A stretch of DNA of 64,000 bases from Acidimicrobiia bacterium (lineage in GTDB: Bacteria; Actinomycetota; Acidimicrobiia; Spongiisociales; Spongiisociaceae), in the NCBI GenBank assembly GCA_003229305.1, contig QIDH01000092.1:47408-111407 (forward strand), in the 5' to 3' direction. A program made the position numbers and the translations under genes. The notes under the pieces were generated by a model. That model did no database searches and was not told the origin of the DNA. It saw only the letters and a program-made list of their open reading frames with translations. Shown one piece after another: positions 26,786-36,099 of this stretch (positions are counted from its first letter, which is position 1; every line of letters starts with the position of its first letter).

Positions 26786-27697
26786 TCACGAGCCTTTCGA
26801 TCCGCCGGCGTAGATGTTCAGGAGCAACTCCTGGGTGAAGATGAAGAAGATCAGAAGTGGAATCATTTGGAAAAGCCCGACGGCGGCCACCTGGTTCCAG
26901 TTGGTTGGTGCAGTGTCGCTGATCAGCTGGTTCAAGAACACCGGCATGTTGGCCACCTTGGTGCCGATGGTAAAGGTGAACGGCACAAGGTATGCGTTCC
27001 AGCCTGCAATGAACGTGAAGAGGGAAAGCGCTGCCAGACCAGGCCGCACCTGGGGCAGCATGATTTGCCACCACACCCGAAAACGGGACGCGCCGTCGAT
27101 CAGGGCAGCTCTTTCCATGTCCCACGGCAGGTTGTCGAAAAAGCCCTTCATCAACCAAATGCCGAGGGGAAGCTCGAGAGCGATCATCACCAGCGCCACT
27201 CCACCGACCGAGTTGAACCCGACGAAATTTCCGATGATCGGGATGTCTCCCAGCCATCGCAACACGAAGAATATGGCGATCAACAACATCTCGGCCTTGA
27301 AGGCGTGCAGCACCAGGGTCATCGACAGGAAAGCCTTGCGGCCGGCGAACTTCATGCGTGATAGGGCATAGCCACCGGCGGTCGAGGCGATGCCTACGCC
27401 GAATACCATTGCTACCGCGATCAGCAACGAGTTGAACATCGCATTCCAGATTGCCCCGTCGGTGACGAAGTCCCAGTTGCTAAGGGTAAAACCCCCGATG
27501 CCGCCTTCAGCATTGCGCGGTAGAAGGCCTTCGGTGCGAAACGAAAGAGTGGCGACGACGATCCAGCTGTAGCCGACGACGATCGGCATGATGGAGAGTA
27601 TGAGAAAGCCATATGCGAACCGCCGACCCATCTTCTCACGTGCCTTTGGCAGCCCGGCTACGGGGTGGGTTGGTGGTGAAATCTCAGCGGTGGTCAT
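26786..27697 (-). CDS. carbohydrate ABC transporter permease
   Basis: 303-aa polytopic protein with the EAA-type region AALIDGASRFRVWWQIMLP. Confidence 0.85.
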   Translation of the reverse strand: MTTAEISPPTHPVAGLPKAREKMGRRFAYGFLILSIMPIVVGYSWIVVATLSFRTEGLLPRNAEGGIGGFTLSNWDFVTDGAIWNAMFNSLLIAVAMVFGVGIASTAGGYALSRMKFAGRKAFLSMTLVLHAFKAEMLLIAIFFVLRWLGDIPIIGNFVGFNSVGGVALVMIALELPLGIWLMKGFFDNLPWDMERAALIDGASRFRVWWQIMLPQVRPGLAALSLFTFIAGWNAYLVPFTFTIGTKVANMPVFLNQLISDTAPTNWNQVAAVGLFQMIPLLIFFIFTQELLLNIYAGGSKGS

Positions 27698-27700
27698 GGT

Positions 27701-28780
27701 TCACAGGTTCTCGATCCGGGGCTCTTCGATGAGTTCGTTGAACTTGAACAATTTCACATAGCCGACCGCCAACACCAGGGCCACAGATACGAGCACGATT
27801 GCCCAGGTCGCACCAAAGGCCCACTGGCTGTTGCCGAAATAGCTGGAGAACGCGCGCTTGTAGGCCGTCAACGCCCACACTTCGGTCGTGAATAAACCCG
27901 GCCCGCCCTCGGTGAGGAGCAGGATGTATTCGAATGAAGTGAGCAGCGACAGGGTCTGATAGGTGGCGATGAACAGCAACGGCCACTTGATCAGAGGAAG
28001 TTTGATGTCACGGATGATCCTCCACAAAGACGCCCCGTCCACCTTGGCCGCGGTGATGAGATCCTTGGGGATCGACTCCAGCGCCGAAGTGAAGATGATC
28101 ATCCCGAACGACGCGCCGACGAACCCGTTGGTGAGGATCACGAAAGTCCAAGGACTCCCCCCCAAGAAGAGGTTGCCTCCCGATGCCCCCAAGAATCCTG
28201 GGACAATCTGGTTGTAGATGCCGAACGGGTCCGCCTGGCCGATTCGTTGCCACATCATGATATAGACCACCGACGGGGTGAGCCGGGGCAACAGCCACAC
28301 GAGCCGGAAGAAGAAACCGGCCCGACGAGGGATATTGGTCGTCACAAGGGCCAACACCAGAGCGAGGCCAAGGTTGAAAAAGATCAGGGTCGTAAAGACG
28401 TAAAAGGCGGTATTGCGAAGAATCTTGGGGAAGAACGGATCGGAGAAGAGGCGGCTGAAGTTATCGAAACCTATGTAGCTCCAGGGATCGCTGAAGTTGG
28501 CGCTGGAGAGGTTGGTGAAACTGAGGACCAGCAGCAGGATGCCGGGAACGATGAAGAAGAGAAGAACCAGAACGATCGCCGGTCCCATGAAACCGTAGGC
28601 GGTCGCGGTGGCACGTACCCGCCTGGCGAGGGTGCTGCGCTGAGATGTCGGGTCGCCGGCTGGGACCCCAGTGTCGGTTTCTTTTTCCAGAGATTGTGTC
28701 ACTCGAGCCAAGATCTGATGGAGGGATTGCGGTTTGGAGGTGGGGAAGAGACGATGCTCTCCCCCACCTCCAGTTCTCAC
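27701..28780 (-). CDS. carbohydrate ABC transporter permease
   Basis: Polytopic protein with the EAA-type region AAKVDGASLWRIIRDIKLP. The GTG start at 28780 is uncertain, and the first 60 aa or so are non-hydrophobic. Confidence 0.8.
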   Translation of the reverse strand: MRTGGGGEHRLFPTSKPQSLHQILARVTQSLEKETDTGVPAGDPTSQRSTLARRVRATATAYGFMGPAIVLVLLFFIVPGILLLVLSFTNLSSANFSDPWSYIGFDNFSRLFSDPFFPKILRNTAFYVFTTLIFFNLGLALVLALVTTNIPRRAGFFFRLVWLLPRLTPSVVYIMMWQRIGQADPFGIYNQIVPGFLGASGGNLFLGGSPWTFVILTNGFVGASFGMIIFTSALESIPKDLITAAKVDGASLWRIIRDIKLPLIKWPLLFIATYQTLSLLTSFEYILLLTEGGPGLFTTEVWALTAYKRAFSSYFGNSQWAFGATWAIVLVSVALVLAVGYVKLFKFNELIEEPRIENL

Positions 28781-28785
28781 CGGTG

Positions 28786-30261
28786 TTACTTGATGATCAC
28801 GTTGTCGCCCAGCTCGTTTTGGAGCTGGTCGACGACAACCTGCACTGCTTCCTCAGGCGTCAGATCGCCTGATTCAACCGCCGAGATTCCGAGGAAGTAC
28901 CCCTCAGACCAAGAGCTGAAGAACGGGCTGTTCGGAAGGAACGTCGTGAACTCCAAGATCGAACCCACCTGGCTCAGGAACACTGAACTCGTATACGGCT
29001 CGTAGTCCGCCACAGACTTCAGGATCGTCAAGTGACCACTCGCCACCGAATAGTCACCATTGAGCTTTGTAGTCGTCGCCTTGGAGATGACCAGAAGCGC
29101 CAGATCAGCGTTTTCAGACGCCGAACTCACCATGTAAACTAGGGGGTGGGTCAGGCTGATCGGCTGGTTGGTCCCCGCCTCGAGGGCCGGAATCGGGCCG
29201 AAACCAGCGTTCTCGAAGAGATACTCTTCGCCTCCGAGATCCTTGACGAAGTTCGTAGCCCAGTCCGCCCATTGCCATGAACCACCGAACCAGAACAGGA
29301 CGTCGCCCGTCGCTACTCCGGTGTTCCAACTGGTCCAGTCACCGTCGAGGCGAGTATCGACCAAAATGTCACGGTCAACGGCCTCGCCCACGATCTCGTA
29401 CACCAGCTGCGCTGCGGCCGTGTCATAGATCAACGCGCCACTGTCGTCCAAGAGGTCTCCGCCCGCTGCGTAGTAGTAGTAGAGGAAGTCTGGGCCGTTC
29501 TTCGGGCGATGCCACCAGCCATTTCCCGGCTGCACGACGCCTGCCTGCACTGCCTCTTCGGCCGTGTCGAACATGTCTTCCCACGTGTACTCGCCGCTGG
29601 CCAGCCTATCAGGCAGGGAATCAACCTCATCTTGGGACCAGCCCAACTGGAGGAGAAGATCCTTGCGATAGAACAGCGGTCGTGCCTCAGCGTCCTGTGG
29701 AACACCGTAGCGACGGCCGTTCAGCTCGACGGACGACCACAAAGAGTCGATCACGTCGTCGAACTCCGGATAGTCACCAAGCAGGTCGGTCACATCAGTG
29801 ATGATCCCGGATGTGGCCCACGTACCGATGTCCTCATGGCCCGATACGATGATGTCTGGTGCTTCGCCGGCGTCCGAGGCCAGCTCGAACTCGGTCTTGT
29901 AGTCGCCCCAGTCGGCGTTGTCCTGGATCGTCCGTACCTCTACACGACGGCTATCGCCTGCCGCGGCCAACGCGGCGTTGGCGTCGACTACGCCGGACAA
30001 GAGGTTGTTGCAACGACCGTCCTCGGTTGGCGGGTTCGCCTTGCACCTGGCAACGATCGTGACAAGCTCGCCTTCGGCGGGGACCTCTACTTCTACTTCC
30101 ACTATCGAGGTAACCGTCTCGCCTGGCACCTCCACCTCGACTATGACCGTCTGAGGTGTCGCATCGCCGGCGTCGTCGCCGCTCGAACAAGCAGCTGCGA
30201 CCAACGCGAATACGGACCCAAGGATGATCCACATCGGGAACTGATTCCTTTTTCGCCTCAT
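28786..30261 (-). CDS. ABC transporter substrate-binding lipoprotein (CUT1-like) with repeat-containing N-terminal extension
   Basis: Signal peptide with lipobox LVAAAC. It is followed by TVIVEVEVPGETVTSIVEVEVEVPAEGELVTIV repeats ahead of the SBP core. SD AGGAG lies upstream of the ATG at 30261. Confidence 0.85.
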   Translation of the reverse strand: MRRKRNQFPMWIILGSVFALVAAACSSGDDAGDATPQTVIVEVEVPGETVTSIVEVEVEVPAEGELVTIVARCKANPPTEDGRCNNLLSGVVDANAALAAAGDSRRVEVRTIQDNADWGDYKTEFELASDAGEAPDIIVSGHEDIGTWATSGIITDVTDLLGDYPEFDDVIDSLWSSVELNGRRYGVPQDAEARPLFYRKDLLLQLGWSQDEVDSLPDRLASGEYTWEDMFDTAEEAVQAGVVQPGNGWWHRPKNGPDFLYYYYAAGGDLLDDSGALIYDTAAAQLVYEIVGEAVDRDILVDTRLDGDWTSWNTGVATGDVLFWFGGSWQWADWATNFVKDLGGEEYLFENAGFGPIPALEAGTNQPISLTHPLVYMVSSASENADLALLVISKATTTKLNGDYSVASGHLTILKSVADYEPYTSSVFLSQVGSILEFTTFLPNSPFFSSWSEGYFLGISAVESGDLTPEEAVQVVVDQLQNELGDNVIIK

Positions 30262-30401
30262 ATGTGACTCCTGTTTCCTTTTGACATGCCGCTCCTAGCG
30301 CCAGTGGGGACTGCGAGGAAACAAGAACGTCTTGACAACAACGTGAAGTCGATTCGCACCTGAATCCGCTCCCGCCTTCCTCAGTCGCCAGTTGGATCCT
30401 G

Positions 30402-30443
30402 ACGATAGATTGAAGGTTCGCTCGAATGCAAGTGAACGTTCAC
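30402..30443 (-). promoter_or_regulatory. candidate promoter TTGCAT-18-TATCGT with abutting LacI-type operator
   Basis: On the minus strand, the palindrome GTGAACGTTCAC (30432..30443) directly abuts TTGCAT (30426..30431). TATCGT lies at 30402..30407. The site is about 170 nt upstream of the SBP ATG. Confidence 0.55.
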
Positions 30444-30485
30444 ATGGCCAACAAAGCCAAGCGGCCTTCGCTCACATGCGCGAAT

Positions 30486-31697
30486 TCAGAACCCACTGAT
30501 ACGTATGACTTCGCCCACGATCACCTTCGGTCCGTCCGGTCCGGGAATAGGCCTTCCGGGGGTACCCTGTCCGGTTGAGACATACAGGCTGCCGTCGTCT
30601 GCCAACGTGATGTTGGTCGGGGCGTCCAGTCCCGCTGCCAGAACTCGCGGCCGTCCGCCGTCCGCCGGGTAGAGCGTGACCGTACCGCTGAATCGCAGAT
30701 ATCCACCGTGCAGGGGAACCGCGTTCGGATCGTCCAGAACAGCCCCTCGATCGAACAGCTCGGCGAAGTCGGTTGCCATCTCAACCACGAAGACGTTGCC
30801 GAAGACGTCCACTGCCACATCGACCGCTGTCGTCAAGCCGGTGATCTCGTCGACCATCTGGCCAGTGACGGGATTCACCCTCACGACCTTGGAGTCGCCG
30901 GCTACGAAAGGAATGAAGCTGCCGTTCTCGGCCTGCGCAACGCCTGAGAACAACGCCACCAGGACATCTCCGTTGCGTGGATCGACGGCCAGACCGGCAG
31001 GCACTGCCTGCTGGCCACTGCGCAAAAGGGCGAATGCAATGATCTCACGCCTGTCGCCTCCCTCTAGCGAAATCCCAACGAGTTGGTTGAGAGTGCTCTC
31101 CGTGACAAAGATGGTGCCCTCGTCCGGAGCCAAGCCGATCCCGGTCATATTGCTACGGGCCGAAAGATTCCGGCCGATCGACCCGCTCGGGCTGATCTCC
31201 CACAAGACCAGCTCGTCGAAACCCCCGTCGACGGAAAGAAACACCCGACCATCGCTGTGCACCACCAGATCGCTGGGACCGCTGACTTCGTCGCGACCGG
31301 TCGCATAGACGTCCATCGCGTTGTAGCTGGCGAGATGTTCGAACCAGGGCTGCGTCTCTCCCTGATCTGTTACATCACCGTCCTCGTTCGAATCGAAGAA
31401 CCTGGTGAGCTTGCCTGTGCGCCTGGTCACATCCGCGGCGTCGTCTCCGAGACCGGCTTCCGCCACAAGAAGGCCCCCTTGGGCGTCCACCGCCACGCCG
31501 CGCGGGTTGGCCAGGCCGGTCAGCACCACTTCAACGGTGATCGAGCCAAGCGAGTCCGAGGTTCCCGATGTCGTGCACGCAGCGAGTGCCGCGCCAAAAA
31601 AACCAAGCGCGACTACGCCGATTGCCAGACCGCCTGACCGGCCGATGGATCGCGGCCAGACGTGAGGCGAGGATCCTTCCTCCGCGGCGGTCGGCAA
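30486..31697 (-). CDS. ScyD/ScyE-like beta-propeller lipoprotein (paralog of 23345..24442)
   Basis: The track ORF extends to 31829 but then overlaps the RDD gene. I propose the TTG at 31697, 6 nt after GAGGGA, as the start. The signal peptide has lipobox ALAAC. Sequences GLANPRGVAVDAQGGLLVAEAG...APTNITLADDGSLYVS. Confidence 0.65.
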   Translation of the reverse strand: MPTAAEEGSSPHVWPRSIGRSGGLAIGVVALGFFGAALAACTTSGTSDSLGSITVEVVLTGLANPRGVAVDAQGGLLVAEAGLGDDAADVTRRTGKLTRFFDSNEDGDVTDQGETQPWFEHLASYNAMDVYATGRDEVSGPSDLVVHSDGRVFLSVDGGFDELVLWEISPSGSIGRNLSARSNMTGIGLAPDEGTIFVTESTLNQLVGISLEGGDRREIIAFALLRSGQQAVPAGLAVDPRNGDVLVALFSGVAQAENGSFIPFVAGDSKVVRVNPVTGQMVDEITGLTTAVDVAVDVFGNVFVVEMATDFAELFDRGAVLDDPNAVPLHGGYLRFSGTVTLYPADGGRPRVLAAGLDAPTNITLADDGSLYVSTGQGTPGRPIPGPDGPKVIVGEVIRISGF

Positions 31698-31731
31698 CCC
31701 GCTTCCCTCGATCAGTTCGCTCCTCGGTGAG

Positions 31732-32196
31732 TCAGCGGGCAAGCACCACCACCGTCTTGGCGGCCTTGTCGTGCAGGCCCCGTCGGCGCGGGTCGAAAAC
31801 CAGCCATGCATATATGACCGCGGCCACAACGCTCACTCCGGGCAGGAACACGAACACTCCAGGCACGATCCAGCGCACCACCGACTGCCGAAAATCAGGG
31901 ATCGTCGCGGTGCGTTCCATCAGCACCCTCGTCCCTGTCATTATCTTGCCGGGTGTTTGGCCACGAGTCGCGGTGAATCCGACGTAGTAGACGGCGGCGA
32001 CCAGCCCCTGAACAATCCTCACCGATACTGGAAGCCGAAACTCCCCGGCAGTTTCGAGGTCAATCTGCAACACCGAAACGAAGACGAGAGCGATCAGAAC
32101 CAACGCTGCCCAATCCAGGACAAACCCCAACCCGCGTCGCCAAGATTCGGCGATCTCTTCGTCGGTGATCGGACTGTCGAAGCCGGATTCGGCCAC
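31732..32196 (-). CDS. RDD family membrane protein
   Basis: 154 aa with three hydrophobic segments and a terminal RRGLHDKAAKTVV motif typical of RDD domains. Confidence 0.75.
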   Translation of the reverse strand: MAESGFDSPITDEEIAESWRRGLGFVLDWAALVLIALVFVSVLQIDLETAGEFRLPVSVRIVQGLVAAVYYVGFTATRGQTPGKIMTGTRVLMERTATIPDFRQSVVRWIVPGVFVFLPGVSVVAAVIYAWLVFDPRRRGLHDKAAKTVVVLAR

Positions 32197-32330
32197 GGGT
32201 CGCCCTTTCGGTCGGGATCAGACCGTAGACGACGTGCCCTCGATCGCGACCAACCGGTCGACTGCCGTCGCCGCCGGGCCGGTGCATCGCCTGGCTTTGG
32301 AAAATCAGTTTCAACGGTATTCTGTGACAC

Positions 32331-32807
32331 ATGGCTGACAAAACCACCTGGCTGACACCGCACGCCCATCGCAAGCTCGTGGACGAGATGGAGGAGCTAA
32401 CCACCTCCGGTCGTCGCGAGATCATCGCGCGGATTGCGGAAGCCAGGGCGCACGGTGACCTCAAAGAGAACGCAGACTATGACGCGGCGAAAAACGAACA
32501 AGGAATGATGGAGGCTCGGATCCGCCAGCTCCGCCATTTGCTCGAAACCGCCGAGGTTCGCGCGGTGAGCGATACCGGCCGGGTCGAAGTTGGCTCGATG
32601 GTGACAGTCCGAGACGCCGAAGGTGACGAGGACCAATATTTTGTGGCGACTCCTGAGAACAAAGTGCCCGGCTACCTTCTCGCGTCTCCATCAGGTCCTC
32701 TCGGAAAGGCTCTCCTAGGAGCCGCGGTCGGTGAACAGGTCGAGTACGAGGCGCCGGCAGGCACGTTCGCCCTGACCGTGATTGCAGTGAAACCGTATTC
32801 ACCCTGA
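32331..32807 (+). CDS. greA: transcription elongation factor GreA
   Basis: Sequence LTPHAHRKLVDEMEELTTSGRREIIARIAEARAHGDLKENADYDAAKNEQGMMEARIRQL is the GreA coiled-coil. A C-terminal FKBP-like domain follows. Confidence 0.9.
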   Translation: MADKTTWLTPHAHRKLVDEMEELTTSGRREIIARIAEARAHGDLKENADYDAAKNEQGMMEARIRQLRHLLETAEVRAVSDTGRVEVGSMVTVRDAEGDEDQYFVATPENKVPGYLLASPSGPLGKALLGAAVGEQVEYEAPAGTFALTVIAVKPYSP

Positions 32808-32963
32808 CGGTTGGCGTCCCGAAGACAACGCGACCAGGGGGAAGCTCCGCCTTCCGCCGCTGCATGGCTAGGGCCGATTCGTAGGGCGAGCCAACTGGTT
32901 TCCTTTCGTATCACGTAGGGGAAGCGCCGTGGCGAATACGCTAGACCAGTCCGATAGTGAGAG

Positions 32964-34352
32964 GTGCCAGTGCAGTTCCGGTTGCTTCGACCTCGTGAGC
33001 TGGCGCAGCGGCTCCGCCAAACGGCAAGACGAAAGCCGCTGGCGGTCGAGGAGTACCTCGACACGCATGTCGAGGAATGGGGTGCCCTTGCCGAAGCAGA
33101 CCCGTTTGACGCCGCGGACATTCTCGAACAGCTGGGCCCTGAGGCCGCTGCCGACCTGCTTCATGAGCTAGACGCGGGCGCAGCAGGCAACATTCTCGAC
33201 GAGATGCGGGCCGAGCTGGCGGCAGAGATTCTCGACCGGTTTGGCGATGAGCGGACCACAGCGGTGATGGTCGAGATGGACCCAGACATGGCCGCGGATC
33301 TTCTTGGCAAACTCCAGCCAGACGATCGCACCGCGATCCTGGCGAGGCTGGACCGGGAAATCTCAGCTCAGATCAGTTCGCTCCTCTTTCATGCCCACGA
33401 TTCCGCCGGCGGGCTGATGACCACGGATGTGGCTGCGCTACCGGGAGGCATCACAACAGGAGAAGCGATCGAAAGACTCCGTCAAATTCACGACGAGATC
33501 GAGGATCTTTCCTATGTATACGTGACTGACGACGACCAACACCTCATCGGCGTCGTCTCGTTTCGCGACCTCGTTTTTGCCAGGCCTGGCGTCGGCCTCG
33601 ACGAGACCATGGTGCAAGACCCAGTGTCGGTCCGTCCGGAAGCAGACCGTGAAGAAGTCATCGAACTCGCTCAGCGCTACAACTTGTTCGGCATACCGGT
33701 AGTCGATACGCAGGAACGGCTGATTGGCATGGTGTCCCACGAGGCAGTGATCGAGGCCGTGCAGGCCGAGGCTTCCGAGGACTTCGCCACTGCGGTCGGC
33801 GCAGGAGCGGAAGAAACGGTATTCACCCAGGTTCGACATTCTGTCCTTACCCGACTCCCCTGGTTGGTACTCAACCTCGGCCTGGCCGTGATTGTTGCCC
33901 TGGTCATCGAACGACAGACGGGTGTGATCGAACAGTTCGGAGTTGTGCTCGTCGCCCTCATGCCGGTGGTGGCCTCGCTAGGAGGCAACGCCGGCGCCCA
34001 AAGCCTCGCCGTAGTGATTCGCGGCCTCGCCTTGGAAGACGTGCCTCCGAATAGGGTTGCCTCCGTTCTCAGAAAACAGGTGAGTATCGGCGCTATCAAT
34101 AGTTTGCCGATTGGCGCGCTTGCGGCTCTCGTTGGCGCAACGATTGGGAGCGGTCTCGAATTCGGGATGGTCATGGGCGTCGCGGTGATAGCCAACATGA
34201 CGATTGCTTCTTTCGCGGGAGCAGGCATCCCCCTGTTGCTCAGACGAATAGGTCTGGATCCTGCGCTGGCCTCAAACATCTTTCTGACCTTGCTTACAGA
34301 CGTCGTCGGTTTTGGCGGATTCTTGCTGGTAGCCACGCTGCTACTCAGCTAG
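32964..34352 (+). CDS. mgtE: magnesium transporter MgtE
   Basis: Acidic N-domain, a CBS pair (LIGVVSFRDL, LIGMVSHEAV) and a C-terminal five-helix MgtE membrane domain. GTG start at 32964, with an alternative GTG at 32970. Confidence 0.9.
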   Translation: MPVQFRLLRPRELAQRLRQTARRKPLAVEEYLDTHVEEWGALAEADPFDAADILEQLGPEAAADLLHELDAGAAGNILDEMRAELAAEILDRFGDERTTAVMVEMDPDMAADLLGKLQPDDRTAILARLDREISAQISSLLFHAHDSAGGLMTTDVAALPGGITTGEAIERLRQIHDEIEDLSYVYVTDDDQHLIGVVSFRDLVFARPGVGLDETMVQDPVSVRPEADREEVIELAQRYNLFGIPVVDTQERLIGMVSHEAVIEAVQAEASEDFATAVGAGAEETVFTQVRHSVLTRLPWLVLNLGLAVIVALVIERQTGVIEQFGVVLVALMPVVASLGGNAGAQSLAVVIRGLALEDVPPNRVASVLRKQVSIGAINSLPIGALAALVGATIGSGLEFGMVMGVAVIANMTIASFAGAGIPLLLRRIGLDPALASNIFLTLLTDVVGFGGFLLVATLLLS

Positions 34353-34367
34353 TGGTCTATGCAGCAG

Positions 34368-35972
34368 TCAGCCCGCTTGGGAGAGTGGAAGTTCGATGAC
34401 GTTGGCTCTCTCTTCGTCCATCATTTTGGCAAACGCAGCAACAACGTCTCGGTCCAGCTGACTGTCGGCAGCTGCGAATAGTTCCTCAATAGCGGTGCTC
34501 GACGACTTCGCGCCCCGATACAGGCGGTGCGAAATCATCGCGTCGTATGCATCACAAACCAACACCATTCGGGCGGGAAGCGGGATCTGGTCGCCACTGA
34601 GCTGGCTGGGGTAACCGGTGCCGTCCAGGTGTTCGTGATGTGTCAACACAACGTTTGCGACCTCAGGCGGCACCAAGCCGTTGAGCATCTCGAATGCATT
34701 TCGGGGGTGACGTCTGATGAGTTCCCAGTCGGCGTCCGTCAGAGGCCCTGTGCTATTGAGGATGACATCTGGAAGGGTCAATCGGCCGATGTCATGCAGA
34801 AGGGCGGCCGTCTTGACCATCTTCACACCGGCTGCGTTGAGCCCTATCCGTTTTCCCAACTCTGTGGCCAGATCCGCCACTCTCAGCGAGTGCTCAGCAG
34901 TCTGGGGGGCTCGCAACCGCATCGCGTTGAGTAGTCCGCCGACTGCCGGGTCGAGCGGATCCTTGGCCGCTTCAACAGGGGCGTCGGCGCGAGATCCGGC
35001 TAGCACGACCTTGTCCTTGCCCTGATGCTTGGCCAGGTATAGGGCCTGATCTGCCTCGGCCACCAACTCATCTCTGGCCCCGGCGTCGTTGGGGAACACT
35101 GCAACGCCCAGGCTCAATTTCACAGACCCGACTCCTGGCACAGCGGCCTCGTGGGCGGCCAAGCGCAGACGTTCCGCAGCCTGAAAGGCCCCATCACTGT
35201 CCGTCTCCGGCATGATCACCCCGAACTCTTCGCCACCGACCCGACAGGCGACATCGACCTCACGCAGCTGGTTTCGAAAGACTTCTCCGATCGCCCGAAG
35301 GACAGCGTCTCCGGCTGCGTGACCGTACGAGTCATTGATGCGCTTGAAGTCATCCAGGTCGGCCATGATCACGGCCAATGGGCGGTCGTAGCGGCGCGAA
35401 CGCTCGAGTTCTTCGGAGAGCCGGTCGAAAAAGTAGCCGTGATTCTTCAGACCCGTCAACCAATCGGTCACTGATAGAGCCTGTAGCTGGGTGACCATCT
35501 GCTCCAGCTCACCGTTGCGGGCACGCTCACGGTCATAGAGGTTCTGGATCTCTTCGAGAACGGGGCGACTGGCCTCAGCGGACAGAAGTCCCGAACCGGT
35601 CGACACGGCCCGCACTGCGGCGACGAGTTCGGCAGGCTTTCCTTTGATGACGTAGGCGCCCGTCCCACTGGCGACCATGTCTCCGAGCTGGTTGACCTCG
35701 TTGAATCCGGCCAGCGCAACTACCTCGATCCGCTGACCAGGAAGTTCGCGGAGTCGTTTGGCGGTGACCGGAGCACCCATCCCGCCAAGGGCCACGTCGA
35801 TCACCACAACCGTCGGTTGGTTGGTTCTGGCCATCTCTATGGCCTGGGCTGGATCGGTTGCCTTTCCGACAACGGACACACCCGCCGTTTCCAGCACATT
35901 GGCCGCAACGGCGAGCGACACCGGATCGGCATCGGCCAAAAGCACACGGACGTCGGGGGATTGTCCACTCAT
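34368..35972 (-). CDS. response regulator receiver + GGDEF + HD-GYP domain protein
   Basis: ATG at 35972. REC domain (LLADAD...VVVIDV...YVIKGK). GGDEF domain with intact RxxD I-site and GGEEF (REVDVACRVGGEEF). HD-GYP domain (LLHDIGRL, HHEHLDGTGYP). Confidence 0.9.
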   Translation of the reverse strand: MSGQSPDVRVLLADADPVSLAVAANVLETAGVSVVGKATDPAQAIEMARTNQPTVVVIDVALGGMGAPVTAKRLRELPGQRIEVVALAGFNEVNQLGDMVASGTGAYVIKGKPAELVAAVRAVSTGSGLLSAEASRPVLEEIQNLYDRERARNGELEQMVTQLQALSVTDWLTGLKNHGYFFDRLSEELERSRRYDRPLAVIMADLDDFKRINDSYGHAAGDAVLRAIGEVFRNQLREVDVACRVGGEEFGVIMPETDSDGAFQAAERLRLAAHEAAVPGVGSVKLSLGVAVFPNDAGARDELVAEADQALYLAKHQGKDKVVLAGSRADAPVEAAKDPLDPAVGGLLNAMRLRAPQTAEHSLRVADLATELGKRIGLNAAGVKMVKTAALLHDIGRLTLPDVILNSTGPLTDADWELIRRHPRNAFEMLNGLVPPEVANVVLTHHEHLDGTGYPSQLSGDQIPLPARMVLVCDAYDAMISHRLYRGAKSSSTAIEELFAAADSQLDRDVVAAFAKMMDEERANVIELPLSQAG

Positions 35973-36099
35973 CCATACAAGTATCGGCGTGCGAAACACC
36001 GAAACTTGAACCGTTGGCTGCCGACGGCAACCCTACGGGTTGCTTGAGTTGCTTCGCAACTCCTAGGAACGGCGTGCAATCGAAGAGGTACCTCGGTGC

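Noticed and set aside
31698-31829. Longer form (447 aa) of the second beta-propeller lipoprotein.
   Set aside because: It would overlap the 3' end of the RDD gene by about 100 nt and would put about 65 non-signal residues ahead of the signal peptide. A TTG with a GAGGGA SD at 31697 fits better, though the start remains uncertain.
32808-32963. 156-nt leader upstream of mgtE, examined as a possible Mg2+ (M-box/ykoK) riboswitch.
   Set aside because: I could not find the conserved M-box core segments by eye. An Rfam or Infernal scan is needed before any claim is made.
33056-33075. CCTCGAC-ACGCAT-GTCGAGG hairpin inside mgtE, with the same stem as the shared leader element.
   Set aside because: It lies within well-supported coding sequence and lacks the downstream GGGAGGAG-ATG part. 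It is probably a coincidental reuse of a GC-rich heptamer.
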